The notes under the pieces are model-generated. The model was given only the letters and a program-made list of their open reading frames with translations. It ran no database searches and had not been told where the DNA came from. DNA of 43,365 nucleotides from Pseudomonas phage 119X. The position numbers and the translations under genes are program-made. The stretch lies in sequence record NC_007807.1; one strand, 5' to 3'. Position 1 is the stretch's first letter. Each line of letters opens with the position of its first letter. Shown here in pieces: positions 1 through 8,251 of the stretch.

Positions 1-22
1 TAAGTGTATAGTGGTCATATTG

Positions 23-100
23 ATAGGGGGTTAAAAAATTCTTTATTATTAGGGGGTATATAGGGGAATAGAGAATAGGGATTTATAGGGGATAATAATT
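23..100. repeat. Five copies of ATAGGGG(G)/TATAGGGGAATA/TATAGGGGATAATA at irregular 10-27 bp spacing, followed by a G8 homopolymer at 126..133
   Basis: Read directly. Copies at 23..30, 50..57, 62..66, 77..81 and 87..92. The complementary-orientation CTATCCCCC motif occurs twice in the last 35 nt of the window. Confidence 0.7.
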
Positions 101-180
101 ACAGGGTAGTGGACTATTATAAGGAGGGGGGGGCCACCCCTAAACCTACCTCGGCCTACTTTGAGATTGTTTCAGAAAGT

Positions 181-229
181 TTGAAAAAACATTGAAAAAA
201 CCTTGGGCCAAAACCTTGGGCAACCTTGA
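181..229. repeat. Iteron-like direct repeats: TTGAAAAAAC x2 (181..190, 192..201) and ACCTTG(G/A) x3 (201.., 213.., 223..) at 10-13 bp spacing
   Basis: Read directly. ACCTTGG is the reverse complement of the CCAAGGT repeats at the right end, 43207..43277. Confidence 0.7.
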
Positions 230-331
230 CTCCCGATTGCACGTAACCACGGCCAATTTTACGAATAATTCACCAGGGACCATGATTATTAGTCAGGGAC
301 TAGGCCGAGGCTAGACTAAATAAAAGGCAAT

Positions 332-361
332 AAAAAACCCCCTGGCCTTTCGACTAGGGGG
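332..361 (-). terminator. Rho-independent terminator for the leftward left-arm transcript
   Basis: The minus strand reads CCCCCT-agtcgaaaggcc-AGGGGG followed by TTTTTT, ~20 nt past the stop of gene 381..1112. Confidence 0.5.
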
Positions 362-380
362 CTTAGTGCTAGGTCTAGAC

Positions 381-1112
381 TTACCAGTCCAGTTCTGCCG
401 GGTCTTGCTCGCAGTATTCTGCGATCTTCTGGAGGAAACCGGCTTGCCATTCGGACAATTGCTCGGCATTAACCAGCGCTTCGCCGAATTCGTTTACCCA
501 GCCCAATACGGCATTCCGCACATTCTCAGGCTGCGCCAGCAAACCTTCCGGCTGATTGAAGAAGGAGATAGCCAGCTTCTTGACGCCTTCGGATTTTGGC
601 AGATTGGAAACGAATTCGCTCCAGGCTGCGATAAGAGCGCGGCGCTCAGCAAACACGACACTGGCTTGACGCTCAGAAGGAGTAATAACCTCTACGAAAT
701 TCTCCGGCATCTTGCAGCCAGGGCGCAGAGTAGCAGTTTTAGTCTGGAGCTTATTACGAGCATCAGCCTTGCAGGTAGAAACTACAGAACGATACAGGAA
801 GGCTTCTGCCAGTCCCTCATACTGATACAGCCCATCCTCAGTCAGGTCAGGAGTACCGTCAGCCTTGAGCTTCGGAATAACAGCCAGGCCGAATTCTTCC
901 AGGGAAGGAATGTAGGACGACCATTCGCCTACCTTGACGCGGCCTTTGCCTTCTACCTGCTGGCTAACTTCGTTGGTAACGATCATACCAGGGAACTTAA
1001 TTACTTGAGCTTCGGACATTTTCTGAATCCTCGGAATTGATTGGATGGTCAATCCGTCCACCTTAGTGGCGGTCGGTTTGGGCACTATAACGAAGTAACC
1101 CAGCATAGGCAA
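381..1112 (-). CDS. Hypothetical protein, last gene of the leftward left-arm operon. The annotated start is TTG; the ATG two codons in (plus 1104..1106) is more likely.
   Basis: 243-aa ORF with protein-like composition. The opposite-strand ORF 366..1040 is L/R-rich, typical of an antisense shadow. An intrinsic terminator lies ~20 nt downstream of its stop on the minus strand. Confidence 0.55.
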   Translation of the reverse strand: MPMLGYFVIVPKPTATKVDGLTIQSIPRIQKMSEAQVIKFPGMIVTNEVSQQVEGKGRVKVGEWSSYIPSLEEFGLAVIPKLKADGTPDLTEDGLYQYEGLAEAFLYRSVVSTCKADARNKLQTKTATLRPGCKMPENFVEVITPSERQASVVFAERRALIAAWSEFVSNLPKSEGVKKLAISFFNQPEGLLAQPENVRNAVLGWVNEFGEALVNAEQLSEWQAGFLQKIAEYCEQDPAELDW

Positions 1113-1165
1113 CCAATTTTTAGATTATTCTAACTGATTGCCTATACTTGCCTACCTCAATTAGC

Positions 1166-1180
1166 CTGGCTGAGCCTGGA
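1166..1180. repeat. 15-mer CTGGCTGAGCCTGGA, repeated exactly at 1839..1853. GCCTGGA occurs four times across the two left-arm intergenic regions.
   Basis: Exact 15-bp match in two non-coding regions, each upstream of a minus-strand gene start. Further GCCTGGA copies at 1196..1202 and 1831..1837. Confidence 0.6.
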
Positions 1181-1203
1181 ATCAAACTCCTAATAAGCCT
1201 GGA

Positions 1204-1518
1204 CTAGAATCCGCCCTTGAGCATCCATTCATAGGTTCGAATGGCATTAGAATAGAAGGAGTGAGCTTTATTAGCCTCCTCCTTAGCGCCCATATCCCGC
1301 TGAGCAACATAGTGATTGTACATGGCTGCTATGTACTCCAGGCAATCCCTCCTCGACCGAAAATAATTCTTAGTCAATTCCAGGGGGCGCTCCAGGGAAT
1401 TAATAGGGAAATAGACTAGAGTGACTGGCCTAGCCTCTACCAAGGCAAGCTGAGTTTGATAGTCATTAAATGCCCGAACAGCCATCAGATTATTAGTAGC
1501 CATTAGATTAAACTCCAT
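1204..1518 (-). CDS. Hypothetical protein
   Basis: 104-aa ORF co-oriented with its neighbours. Its start overlaps the stop of the upstream gene, suggesting translational coupling. Confidence 0.5.
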   Translation of the reverse strand: MEFNLMATNNLMAVRAFNDYQTQLALVEARPVTLVYFPINSLERPLELTKNYFRSRRDCLEYIAAMYNHYVAQRDMGAKEEANKAHSFYSNAIRTYEWMLKGGF

Positions 1519-1717
1519 TGAAGCGGATAGACTTAGGGAAGCGACTAATTAGGGACGACAGCTTAGCCTTGAACTGACTAGCCCCACGATTGAATTCCTC
1601 TAGCAGGGACCGATTAATCCAATCGAAATAAGCCTTATGCCAGGCGCTAGCATCCGCGCGCTCGCACCGAACTTGAATAGCCAGTTTCCGAATATCCAAT
1701 ACATTCATGATTTCCAT
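1508..1717 (-). CDS. Hypothetical small protein, first gene of the left-arm operon
   Basis: 69-aa ORF immediately downstream of a sigma70-like promoter on the minus strand. Confidence 0.4.
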   Translation of the reverse strand: MEIMNVLDIRKLAIQVRCERADASAWHKAYFDWINRSLLEEFNRGASQFKAKLSSLISRFPKSIRFNGV

Positions 1718-1762
1718 CTACCTAACTCTTAACTAGATCAAAGTTAATTAACTACACCGGTC

Positions 1763-1790
1763 ATTCTAGTCCGACTTAGTTAGAAGTCAA
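1763..1790 (-). promoter_or_regulatory. Sigma70-like promoter for the leftward left-arm operon. -35 TTGACT is at plus 1785..1790 and -10 TAGAAT at plus 1763..1768, with a 16-nt spacer.
   Basis: The minus strand reads TTGACTtctaactaagtcggacTAGAAT about 45 nt upstream of the start codon at 1717. Confidence 0.35.
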
Positions 1791-2095
1791 GCCTAATTCT
1801 AATTAATTTCATCCTAATACTGGCCTAGTTGCCTGGAGACTGGCTGAGCCTGGACGAAGGGAATGATAATTAGTTGCATTCATAGGGGGCTACGGACCTT
1901 TTTGGGTCAGGGGGGAGGGGGGTGTATCATATACCACTCAACAAAAATTTCTAAACTTTTCCAAATTCAAGCTCCAGGTTCTAATTCCAAGTCCTAATTA
2001 TTAGCTCCAGCACCCCTGGCCCCGGCCTCCTTCTTTATATATACTATCCCTAACCCACCCTCGGCCCCTGCGGCCCCACCTGGAGCCAGACCCCC

Positions 2096-2680
2096 ATGGA
2101 CAAAAAAGAAAGAATCGCCCGTCTACTGGCGACAGGATTAAAGGCCGCCCAAGTAGCAGACCTAGTTGCCGTTTCTCCCTCTTATATTAGCCAGCTTCTA
2201 ACCTCAGATTCAGACTTCAGGGATTATGTTACCTACCTTAGAACAGAATCAGCAGAAGAAACTGGACAACCAACTGAGGCCGAAGCCCTAGAATTAAAGT
2301 ATGAGGCAGCAGAACACACTGCTATTAAAGCCCTACTGGAGCGTCTGCCGATAATGGAGGATAAGAATCTACTCACCGCAGTTCAGGTCCTATCCAACAG
2401 GCGCCAGCAAGAGGCTAAGGCTAAGCTCCTGGCAAAAGGAATAGGCTACGGAGGATCAGCAACTCAGGTAGTAGTCGATGGGAAGTCCGTAAAAGTTACC
2501 CATCTGCAAATTCCAGCGGTCTGTGCTCCAGACTTCACTTATTCTGATACGAAGGAAATTGTCGCAATTGGCGATAGATCAACTAATCCAATGCCCACGC
2601 CCCAGTTGAAAGGATTGTTAGAGTCCTACTTGGGTAAGGCAGATCCCTCAGGGGTACCTAATTATGACTCATTCGACTAA
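2096..2680 (+). CDS. Terminase small-subunit candidate with an N-terminal HTH
   Basis: 194-aa ORF directly upstream of the large terminase. The N-terminal segment ARLLATGLKAAQVADLVAVSPSYISQLL looks like a helix-turn-helix. The assignment rests on position and the HTH only. Confidence 0.4.
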   Translation: MDKKERIARLLATGLKAAQVADLVAVSPSYISQLLTSDSDFRDYVTYLRTESAEETGQPTEAEALELKYEAAEHTAIKALLERLPIMEDKNLLTAVQVLSNRRQQEAKAKLLAKGIGYGGSATQVVVDGKSVKVTHLQIPAVCAPDFTYSDTKEIVAIGDRSTNPMPTPQLKGLLESYLGKADPSGVPNYDSFD

Positions 2681-2796
2681 TCTGACTCAGGTCAATCAAT
2701 CCAAAACTGCGGCGATGGCTAAGGCTGCTAGTATGGCGAAGTTATTAGCTTCTAGTCAGCCTAAGCTTCCCTTTTTCCCCTTAAGGATGGCGGCAA

Positions 2797-4407
2797 ATGA
2801 GCGATCCTAATCAACCCTCTAGTCCAATTCCTGACCTAACTAAAGGACAGGCTAAGAATCTACAGACTCTTGAGGACTACTTTAAGGCTAAGTCTGCCTC
2901 CTCAAAAGCTCAAGAAGAATTGGTCAGTCTTGAGAATGTTAGCCACGAGTCAATCAGAGAAAGATGCCGGGTGGATCTCAACTTCTACGCAGGATTAATT
3001 ATCCCGCGTGTGATGCGAGTTCCTTTCCCGGCTTTTTATTGCCAGTTATTCACCCTCCTTACCCAGCTCAATCCTGATCCCTATGAGCTTATGCGCTTTG
3101 CTCTAGGACTCCCGCGAGGATTCGTTAAGACTGGCTTCCTCAAGATCCTAACTTGCTGGTTCATTCATTTTGGCTACGCAGAATTCATCCTGATCGTCTG
3201 TGCCTCTGAGCCTAAGGCAGTAGCCTTTATCACGGACGTGGATAATATGCTCAGTCAGCCTAACATTGAGGAGATTTTCGGCCTCTGGTCAGCTACTAAG
3301 TCAGTAGATAATGCTAAGAAGAAGGTAGGGACAATCAATGGCAAGGTTGTAATTCTACTCCCTGCCGGTGCAGGAACGGCGGTTCGGGGAACTAACGAGG
3401 ACCATAAGCGGCCAGACCTAATAGTCTGTGATGACGTTCAAACTCGTGAGTGTGCATTATCTGAGGTCCAGAATGCTGCCCTACTGGAATGGTTCACGGC
3501 TACTCTAGTTAAGTGCATTGATAACTATGGATCTAATCGAAGGATTATCTATCTGGGTAACATGTATCCTGGAGACTGTATCCTGCAAATGCTAAGGAAA
3601 AACCCTGAGTGGATTAGCCTAGTCACCGGTGCAATCTTGGAAGATGGAGAATCCTTGTGGCCGGAACTTAAGCCTGTTTCTGTCCTCATACGAGAATATG
3701 TGCACGATGAGGCTTTAGGCCTAGGTCACATTTGGTTCGCAGAGGTTCAGAATGATCCTCTAGACTCAATCTTCAAGCTACTGGATAAGTCTATCCCAGA
3801 TATTCCATTTGACTGGGAGAATATGGAGGCTGACGCAGCCTTTATTACGGTTGACCCTGCTGGCTTCAGGAAAAAGTCTGACCATAACGTGGCAACGTTG
3901 CATAAGCTTTATGATGGAAATCCTGTAGCAGTGCAGATGCAGGGTGGAATCTGGACTCCTAAAGAGACTGTATATAATGTCATTCGCATGGCACTAGATA
4001 ATGCAGTCTGCATAATTGGAATCGAGTCAACAGGCTATCAGCAGTCACTCTGTTACTGGATGAATGAATTCCTTCAGGCAGCCGGAATAACCTGGATCAA
4101 TGTAGTTGAGCTGAAAACTAAGAATAAGACCAAGTTAAATCGTATTCAGGACTATATTAAAGAGGTCTTAGGAGGCGATAGCTTCATGTCTCCTAAAGTT
4201 AGGTCAGTCTTCAGCTTCTACGCTGGACTGTATAAGATAGGTAAGACGGATAACCGGGATGACTATTTAGACTCTCCGGCTTATCAAAAGCAGATTCTAA
4301 CTGACTATGGGAATCTCTTAGTCGGGGTTAAGAATGTTCAGCAATCTCTAGACCAGTTGCCACCAATTGTGGACGTAGGAATAGGAGAAATGGAAAATGG
4401 CTATTAG
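2797..4407 (+). CDS. Terminase large subunit
   Basis: 536-aa ORF. LIVCDD looks like a Walker-B box. The C-terminal region AFITVDPAGFRKKSD matches the RNaseH-like terminase nuclease start motif (hhhhDPAxG). It is followed by a portal-sized gene with an overlapping start. Confidence 0.65.
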   Translation: MSDPNQPSSPIPDLTKGQAKNLQTLEDYFKAKSASSKAQEELVSLENVSHESIRERCRVDLNFYAGLIIPRVMRVPFPAFYCQLFTLLTQLNPDPYELMRFALGLPRGFVKTGFLKILTCWFIHFGYAEFILIVCASEPKAVAFITDVDNMLSQPNIEEIFGLWSATKSVDNAKKKVGTINGKVVILLPAGAGTAVRGTNEDHKRPDLIVCDDVQTRECALSEVQNAALLEWFTATLVKCIDNYGSNRRIIYLGNMYPGDCILQMLRKNPEWISLVTGAILEDGESLWPELKPVSVLIREYVHDEALGLGHIWFAEVQNDPLDSIFKLLDKSIPDIPFDWENMEADAAFITVDPAGFRKKSDHNVATLHKLYDGNPVAVQMQGGIWTPKETVYNVIRMALDNAVCIIGIESTGYQQSLCYWMNEFLQAAGITWINVVELKTKNKTKLNRIQDYIKEVLGGDSFMSPKVRSVFSFYAGLYKIGKTDNRDDYLDSPAYQKQILTDYGNLLVGVKNVQQSLDQLPPIVDVGIGEMENGY

Positions 4408-6397
4408 CCCCAGCGAACCCAATATTAATAGCTTTGTCTATACCCAGAGGGTAGATGAGCTATTGAAGGCCCATCTTAAAAAGATCCTGGACTTTTCCAA
4501 GACTAATAAGGCCAACTACATTCAGAAGATGGACCTGATTGATAAGGCCTATGCCCGGTATATCACTGCCCAGGAGAACAATGAGCTACTGGGCTATAAT
4601 CAGAATATTGCTGCCAAGGTTCGTTGCCAGGTAGTCAATAAGGCTACGGTTAACCCAATTGTAATTAGTCAGGTCCAGTCTATGACTGCCTACCTGACTG
4701 AGGTCTTTGCTTCAGGCTACCCTATTCTCCCTGTAGTCTCCACTCCGGATAAGAAAGAGCAGGCTGAAGCCCTGGAAGGAATTATCCAGGATCACATGAC
4801 TATGACCAGTTCTATCCCAGAATTGATCCTCTGTCTCCAGGATGCAGCTAAATATAATCTGGTTGGCTGGGAAACTGAGTGGTCCAATATCGAGACCTAT
4901 GATCCTCAGAAGGAGATAACTGATCTTGAGCCAGGGAAGACTACCCTACGGCGCAATTACAGGCATGTGAATAAGATCCGGCGTCTAAATCTGCGGAATG
5001 TCCACTGGGATCCTATTCCTGATATTCCCAATGTGGCCACTGAAGGATCATTCCTAGGGGAAACTACTCTCCTTAATCGAATTCAGCTTAAGAAGTACTT
5101 GAACTATCTGACTAATGAGAAGAAGCTGACGTATAAGAAAGTAGTCAATGAAGCCCTTAAGTCTTCTTTCCAAGGATCGGACTGGACTGACAACCCGCAA
5201 ATTAGCCCCGTCTACCAAGAAATGGAGATGGCCTCAGATATTAACTGGGATAGATTTGGCGGGTTTGAGACTGAGACTTCGTCAACCAATCGTCGGGTAC
5301 CAGTTAATGAGCAGGGAGTCTACTGCAAGCACACTATGTATCTGAGGATTATTCCCTCAGACTTCGAGATGAATGTCCCTAATCGCAACCAGGTTCAGAT
5401 CTGGAAAGCAGTGATGATTAACAGGGATGCAATTATCTCTTTCGAGCCTTATATCGGGGCCTATGGTTCCTTTGGAATGGGATTAGCCTTTGCCCTGGAA
5501 GATGGTATGGGGTTACAGACTCAAGGCTACGGAGAAATGGCTGCTCCTCTCCAGTCTGCTACTACTGAACTCTGGAATGCTTATATCCAGGGAGCCAGGC
5601 GAGCAGTAATGGATCGAGCTCTATATAATCCGAGCATGATCCGAGCTAACGATATTAATAGTCCGATTCCTCAGATTAAGATTCCAGTCGTCCCCCAATC
5701 TCTGGTCAATGGAACTATGGATCAAGCTTATAGGCAGATTCCCTTTGATTCTAGAGGGATGGAAACTGTAATGCAGAATGCCCTAATGCTAACGGACTGG
5801 CAGCGGGAACTTAGTGGCATGAACTCTGCTACACGCGGACAGTTCCAGAAAGGGAATAAGACTAGAGCTGAGTTCGACACTATCATGGGCAATGCTGAGA
5901 ATCGGATGCGTCTGCCTGCCCTGATCCTAGAACATAGGATGTTCACTAAGATTAAAGAGCAGCTTAAGCTTAATCTCCTTATGTACGGAGAAGACACTGA
6001 GGTAATTAGTCCTCGAACTGGCAAAGGAGTTCGGGTTGATATTAAAGAGCTTCAGGATCTCGGCCTTAAGTTTGAGCTGGGGGATGGCCTTACTCCTGCT
6101 AGCAAATTAGCCAGTAGTGATTTCCTGACTGCCCTGCTTCAGATGATTATGTCCTCGGAGACTACTCTACAGGCATTCGGAACTCAGGTACCTGGAATGA
6201 TTGCTCATCTGGCTCAGCTGGGTGGAGTACGAGGATTCGAGAAATATGCTAATGCTGCTCTGCCTCAGTGGCAGATTACTTATGGTATGCAGCAGCAACT
6301 TCAGCAAATGCTCCTGCAATTACAACAGCAGTCTGCAATGCAGCTACAGGCTCGACAAGGAGAATTGAGTAATGATCAGTCTCAACCATCTCAATAA
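4397..6397 (+). CDS. Portal protein (candidate)
   Basis: 666-aa ORF whose start overlaps the terminase stop. Size and position are typical for a portal. The Q-rich C-terminus is unusual. Confidence 0.5.
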   Translation: MAISPSEPNINSFVYTQRVDELLKAHLKKILDFSKTNKANYIQKMDLIDKAYARYITAQENNELLGYNQNIAAKVRCQVVNKATVNPIVISQVQSMTAYLTEVFASGYPILPVVSTPDKKEQAEALEGIIQDHMTMTSSIPELILCLQDAAKYNLVGWETEWSNIETYDPQKEITDLEPGKTTLRRNYRHVNKIRRLNLRNVHWDPIPDIPNVATEGSFLGETTLLNRIQLKKYLNYLTNEKKLTYKKVVNEALKSSFQGSDWTDNPQISPVYQEMEMASDINWDRFGGFETETSSTNRRVPVNEQGVYCKHTMYLRIIPSDFEMNVPNRNQVQIWKAVMINRDAIISFEPYIGAYGSFGMGLAFALEDGMGLQTQGYGEMAAPLQSATTELWNAYIQGARRAVMDRALYNPSMIRANDINSPIPQIKIPVVPQSLVNGTMDQAYRQIPFDSRGMETVMQNALMLTDWQRELSGMNSATRGQFQKGNKTRAEFDTIMGNAENRMRLPALILEHRMFTKIKEQLKLNLLMYGEDTEVISPRTGKGVRVDIKELQDLGLKFELGDGLTPASKLASSDFLTALLQMIMSSETTLQAFGTQVPGMIAHLAQLGGVRGFEKYANAALPQWQITYGMQQQLQQMLLQLQQQSAMQLQARQGELSNDQSQPSQ

Positions 6398-6941
6398 GAA
6401 GCGTCTAATTGGATTCCATGGTCCTTATGGATCAGGAAAGGACACTCTGAGCACCCGATTAGCTGGGATAATTAATGCCACGGTTGACAGAGTTGCAGCC
6501 CCTCTGTATCAGATGGCAGCGGCTATTGATCCTACCTTCCGGCCAGATATGTCTCACTCGGCTAAGAATGGCTATGTTCTTGGGAATTCAGCCTTGGGGA
6601 CTAGGCGAGCCTTTCTAGAGAAAGCAGGGACAGACTTTGCCCGAGATATGATTAATCCGGACTTCTGGATTATCCTCCAGGACATGCGCTGGAAAGCCTC
6701 GATGAGAAGTATGATCATTGCTGATATCCGGCCCAAGAATGAGCAAGACTGGCTATTACGCAATGGTGGAATTCTGTTCCATCTTAAGCCTGGGTGGGAC
6801 AATCAGACTAATGAAACCGGCCACCGGATTAGCTCTCCTTTGAGCATTCAGAATCCTGAACAGGAGTTTGAGATTCCTCTGGTCTGGAATGATATCCAGG
6901 GTGCAATGAAGATTATCCAGGATCGACTAGGATTGTCTTAG
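6372..6941 (+). CDS. Deoxynucleoside monophosphate kinase-like P-loop protein (T4 Dnk-like)
   Basis: N-terminal Walker A HGPYGSGKDT matches T4 gp1 SGVKRSGKDT. Further collinear matches: AGTDFARDMINPDFWI vs GTDLIVNNFDRMYWV, and ADIRPKNEQD...HLKPG vs PDTRQDHEMD...HVVRPG. Confidence 0.55.
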   Translation: MISLNHLNKKRLIGFHGPYGSGKDTLSTRLAGIINATVDRVAAPLYQMAAAIDPTFRPDMSHSAKNGYVLGNSALGTRRAFLEKAGTDFARDMINPDFWIILQDMRWKASMRSMIIADIRPKNEQDWLLRNGGILFHLKPGWDNQTNETGHRISSPLSIQNPEQEFEIPLVWNDIQGAMKIIQDRLGLS

Positions 6942-7116
6942 GGCCTGGCGGAGATTCGGAAGAATTAACGAAGTGTGCCTTTATACGGGGTAGCAGACTG
7001 ATTAGCGTTAAGCGGCAAGCCTCTTCCCTGCCTGCAGGGGGAGGCTGTGGCGTAGCCTAATCATTCTGCGCAGGGGTCCCCGTGTATAAGGCAATTCTGA
7101 TCTAATCGGAGTAAGT

Positions 7117-7485
7117 ATGGAAAATTTCAATGTGTTTAAGGGTGCTAGTATTCCTCTTACTATCTCAGAGCAGTTAGAGTTCGAGAGACTTAAGTATAAT
7201 GCTGCTATCGAGATGGAGAACTCTCCTAATATTCAACTGCTGATTAAGCATTACTATGAGCAAACTGCTGCTCAACTGCTTAATCCAGTCACCGAGGTAT
7301 CTGCGCAAGCTAATGATTATCTGCTTAGAGCGGCGCAGAAAACGGCTAGCCTGGATGTATACCGTTGTTTGTATAATCTGGCTATTAGTTCTAGGGATCT
7401 CCTAGAATCTGTTAAGCAACTCCAAGAAGCCAAGCAGGCTGAGGATGAGCTTACTCAACTTAATCTTCTCAATCAAGAAGGATAA
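7117..7485 (+). CDS. Hypothetical protein in the head module
   Basis: 122-aa ORF with an SD of GGAG 8 nt upstream, preceded by a 175-nt structured intergenic region. Confidence 0.5.
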   Translation: MENFNVFKGASIPLTISEQLEFERLKYNAAIEMENSPNIQLLIKHYYEQTAAQLLNPVTEVSAQANDYLLRAAQKTASLDVYRCLYNLAISSRDLLESVKQLQEAKQAEDELTQLNLLNQEG

Positions 7486-7490
7486 ACATC

Positions 7491-8237
7491 ATGAGCTTTA
7501 GTCTTGGCAGTTTCTTCGGTTATGGTCAATCCTCTGCTCCGGCTACCGCTAACAATCAGCAAGGTGCCCAAGGTCAGGGTGGCCAGCAGAGTCCTCAACA
7601 GCAACAGCAGCAACAACAGGCTCAGAATAATCCGGTTCCGGCTACTGGAAGTGAACAAGGAATGGGCGCTGGTCAGAAGTCTGACAAGCCATCGGGGCTT
7701 GACTTGCTTGGGCAACTGTTTCAGAATGACAACCAGCAGGCCGATGGCCAAGCTCCTGCCTTTTCAATTCCCCCTGAAAAACTGACCGAGGCTGCTTCTA
7801 AAATGGACTTCGGTCAGTCCATTCCTCAAGAAGCTTTGCAAAGATTGCAAAGTGGCGACATGAGTGCTCTTCCGGATATCTTGAATAGTTTTGGACGCCA
7901 AGTCTATCAAGTAGCCATGCAGCATAATATGGCCGTCACTGGACAATATTTGAATTCTCGTTTTGATCACGAGAATGGTAAGCTTCGTGGTAGTCTCCGC
8001 CAGGAAGTTATCGGAAGTCAACTTAACGTTTCTGATCTCCCTGGTCCGGCTCAGGCAATGTTCCGCAATATTGCTCAGCAGGCTGCCAGTAAATTCCCCG
8101 ATAAGACTGCTCAAGAGATCGAAAGCTATACCTGGGAAATTTTCCAAGGTATCTCTAATGCTTTCAACCGTGATGCTCAGCGAGCAGAGCAGTCGAAGCC
8201 TCGTCCAATCGATTATGATGAATACTTCTTTAAGTAA
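7491..8237 (+). CDS. Scaffolding-like protein (Q/G-rich, low complexity)
   Basis: 248-aa ORF immediately upstream of the capsid gene. It has a polyQ tract (QQQQQQQQ) and AAGGA RBS. Codon usage is CGT/CTG/GGT-biased like the capsid gene. Confidence 0.4.
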   Translation: MSFSLGSFFGYGQSSAPATANNQQGAQGQGGQQSPQQQQQQQQAQNNPVPATGSEQGMGAGQKSDKPSGLDLLGQLFQNDNQQADGQAPAFSIPPEKLTEAASKMDFGQSIPQEALQRLQSGDMSALPDILNSFGRQVYQVAMQHNMAVTGQYLNSRFDHENGKLRGSLRQEVIGSQLNVSDLPGPAQAMFRNIAQQAASKFPDKTAQEIESYTWEIFQGISNAFNRDAQRAEQSKPRPIDYDEYFFK

Positions 8238-8251
8238 TCAGGAGAATACTT

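Noticed and set aside
366-1040. 224-aa plus-strand ORF overlapping gene 381..1112
   Set aside because: Its composition is Leu/Arg-rich, typical of an antisense shadow of a real gene. The minus-strand ORF is followed by a terminator and fits the operon orientation.
2715-2810. 31-codon ORF in the small/large terminase intergenic region, running into the terminase start
   Set aside because: No RBS and no distinctive composition. It is most likely a chance frame. The intergenic region probably just carries the terminase RBS (AAGGATGG).
5148-6024. Small ORFs 5148..5345 (+) and 5728..6024 (-) within the portal gene
   Set aside because: They are alternate-frame or antisense ORFs inside a well-supported long gene, with basic or low-complexity products and no RBS.
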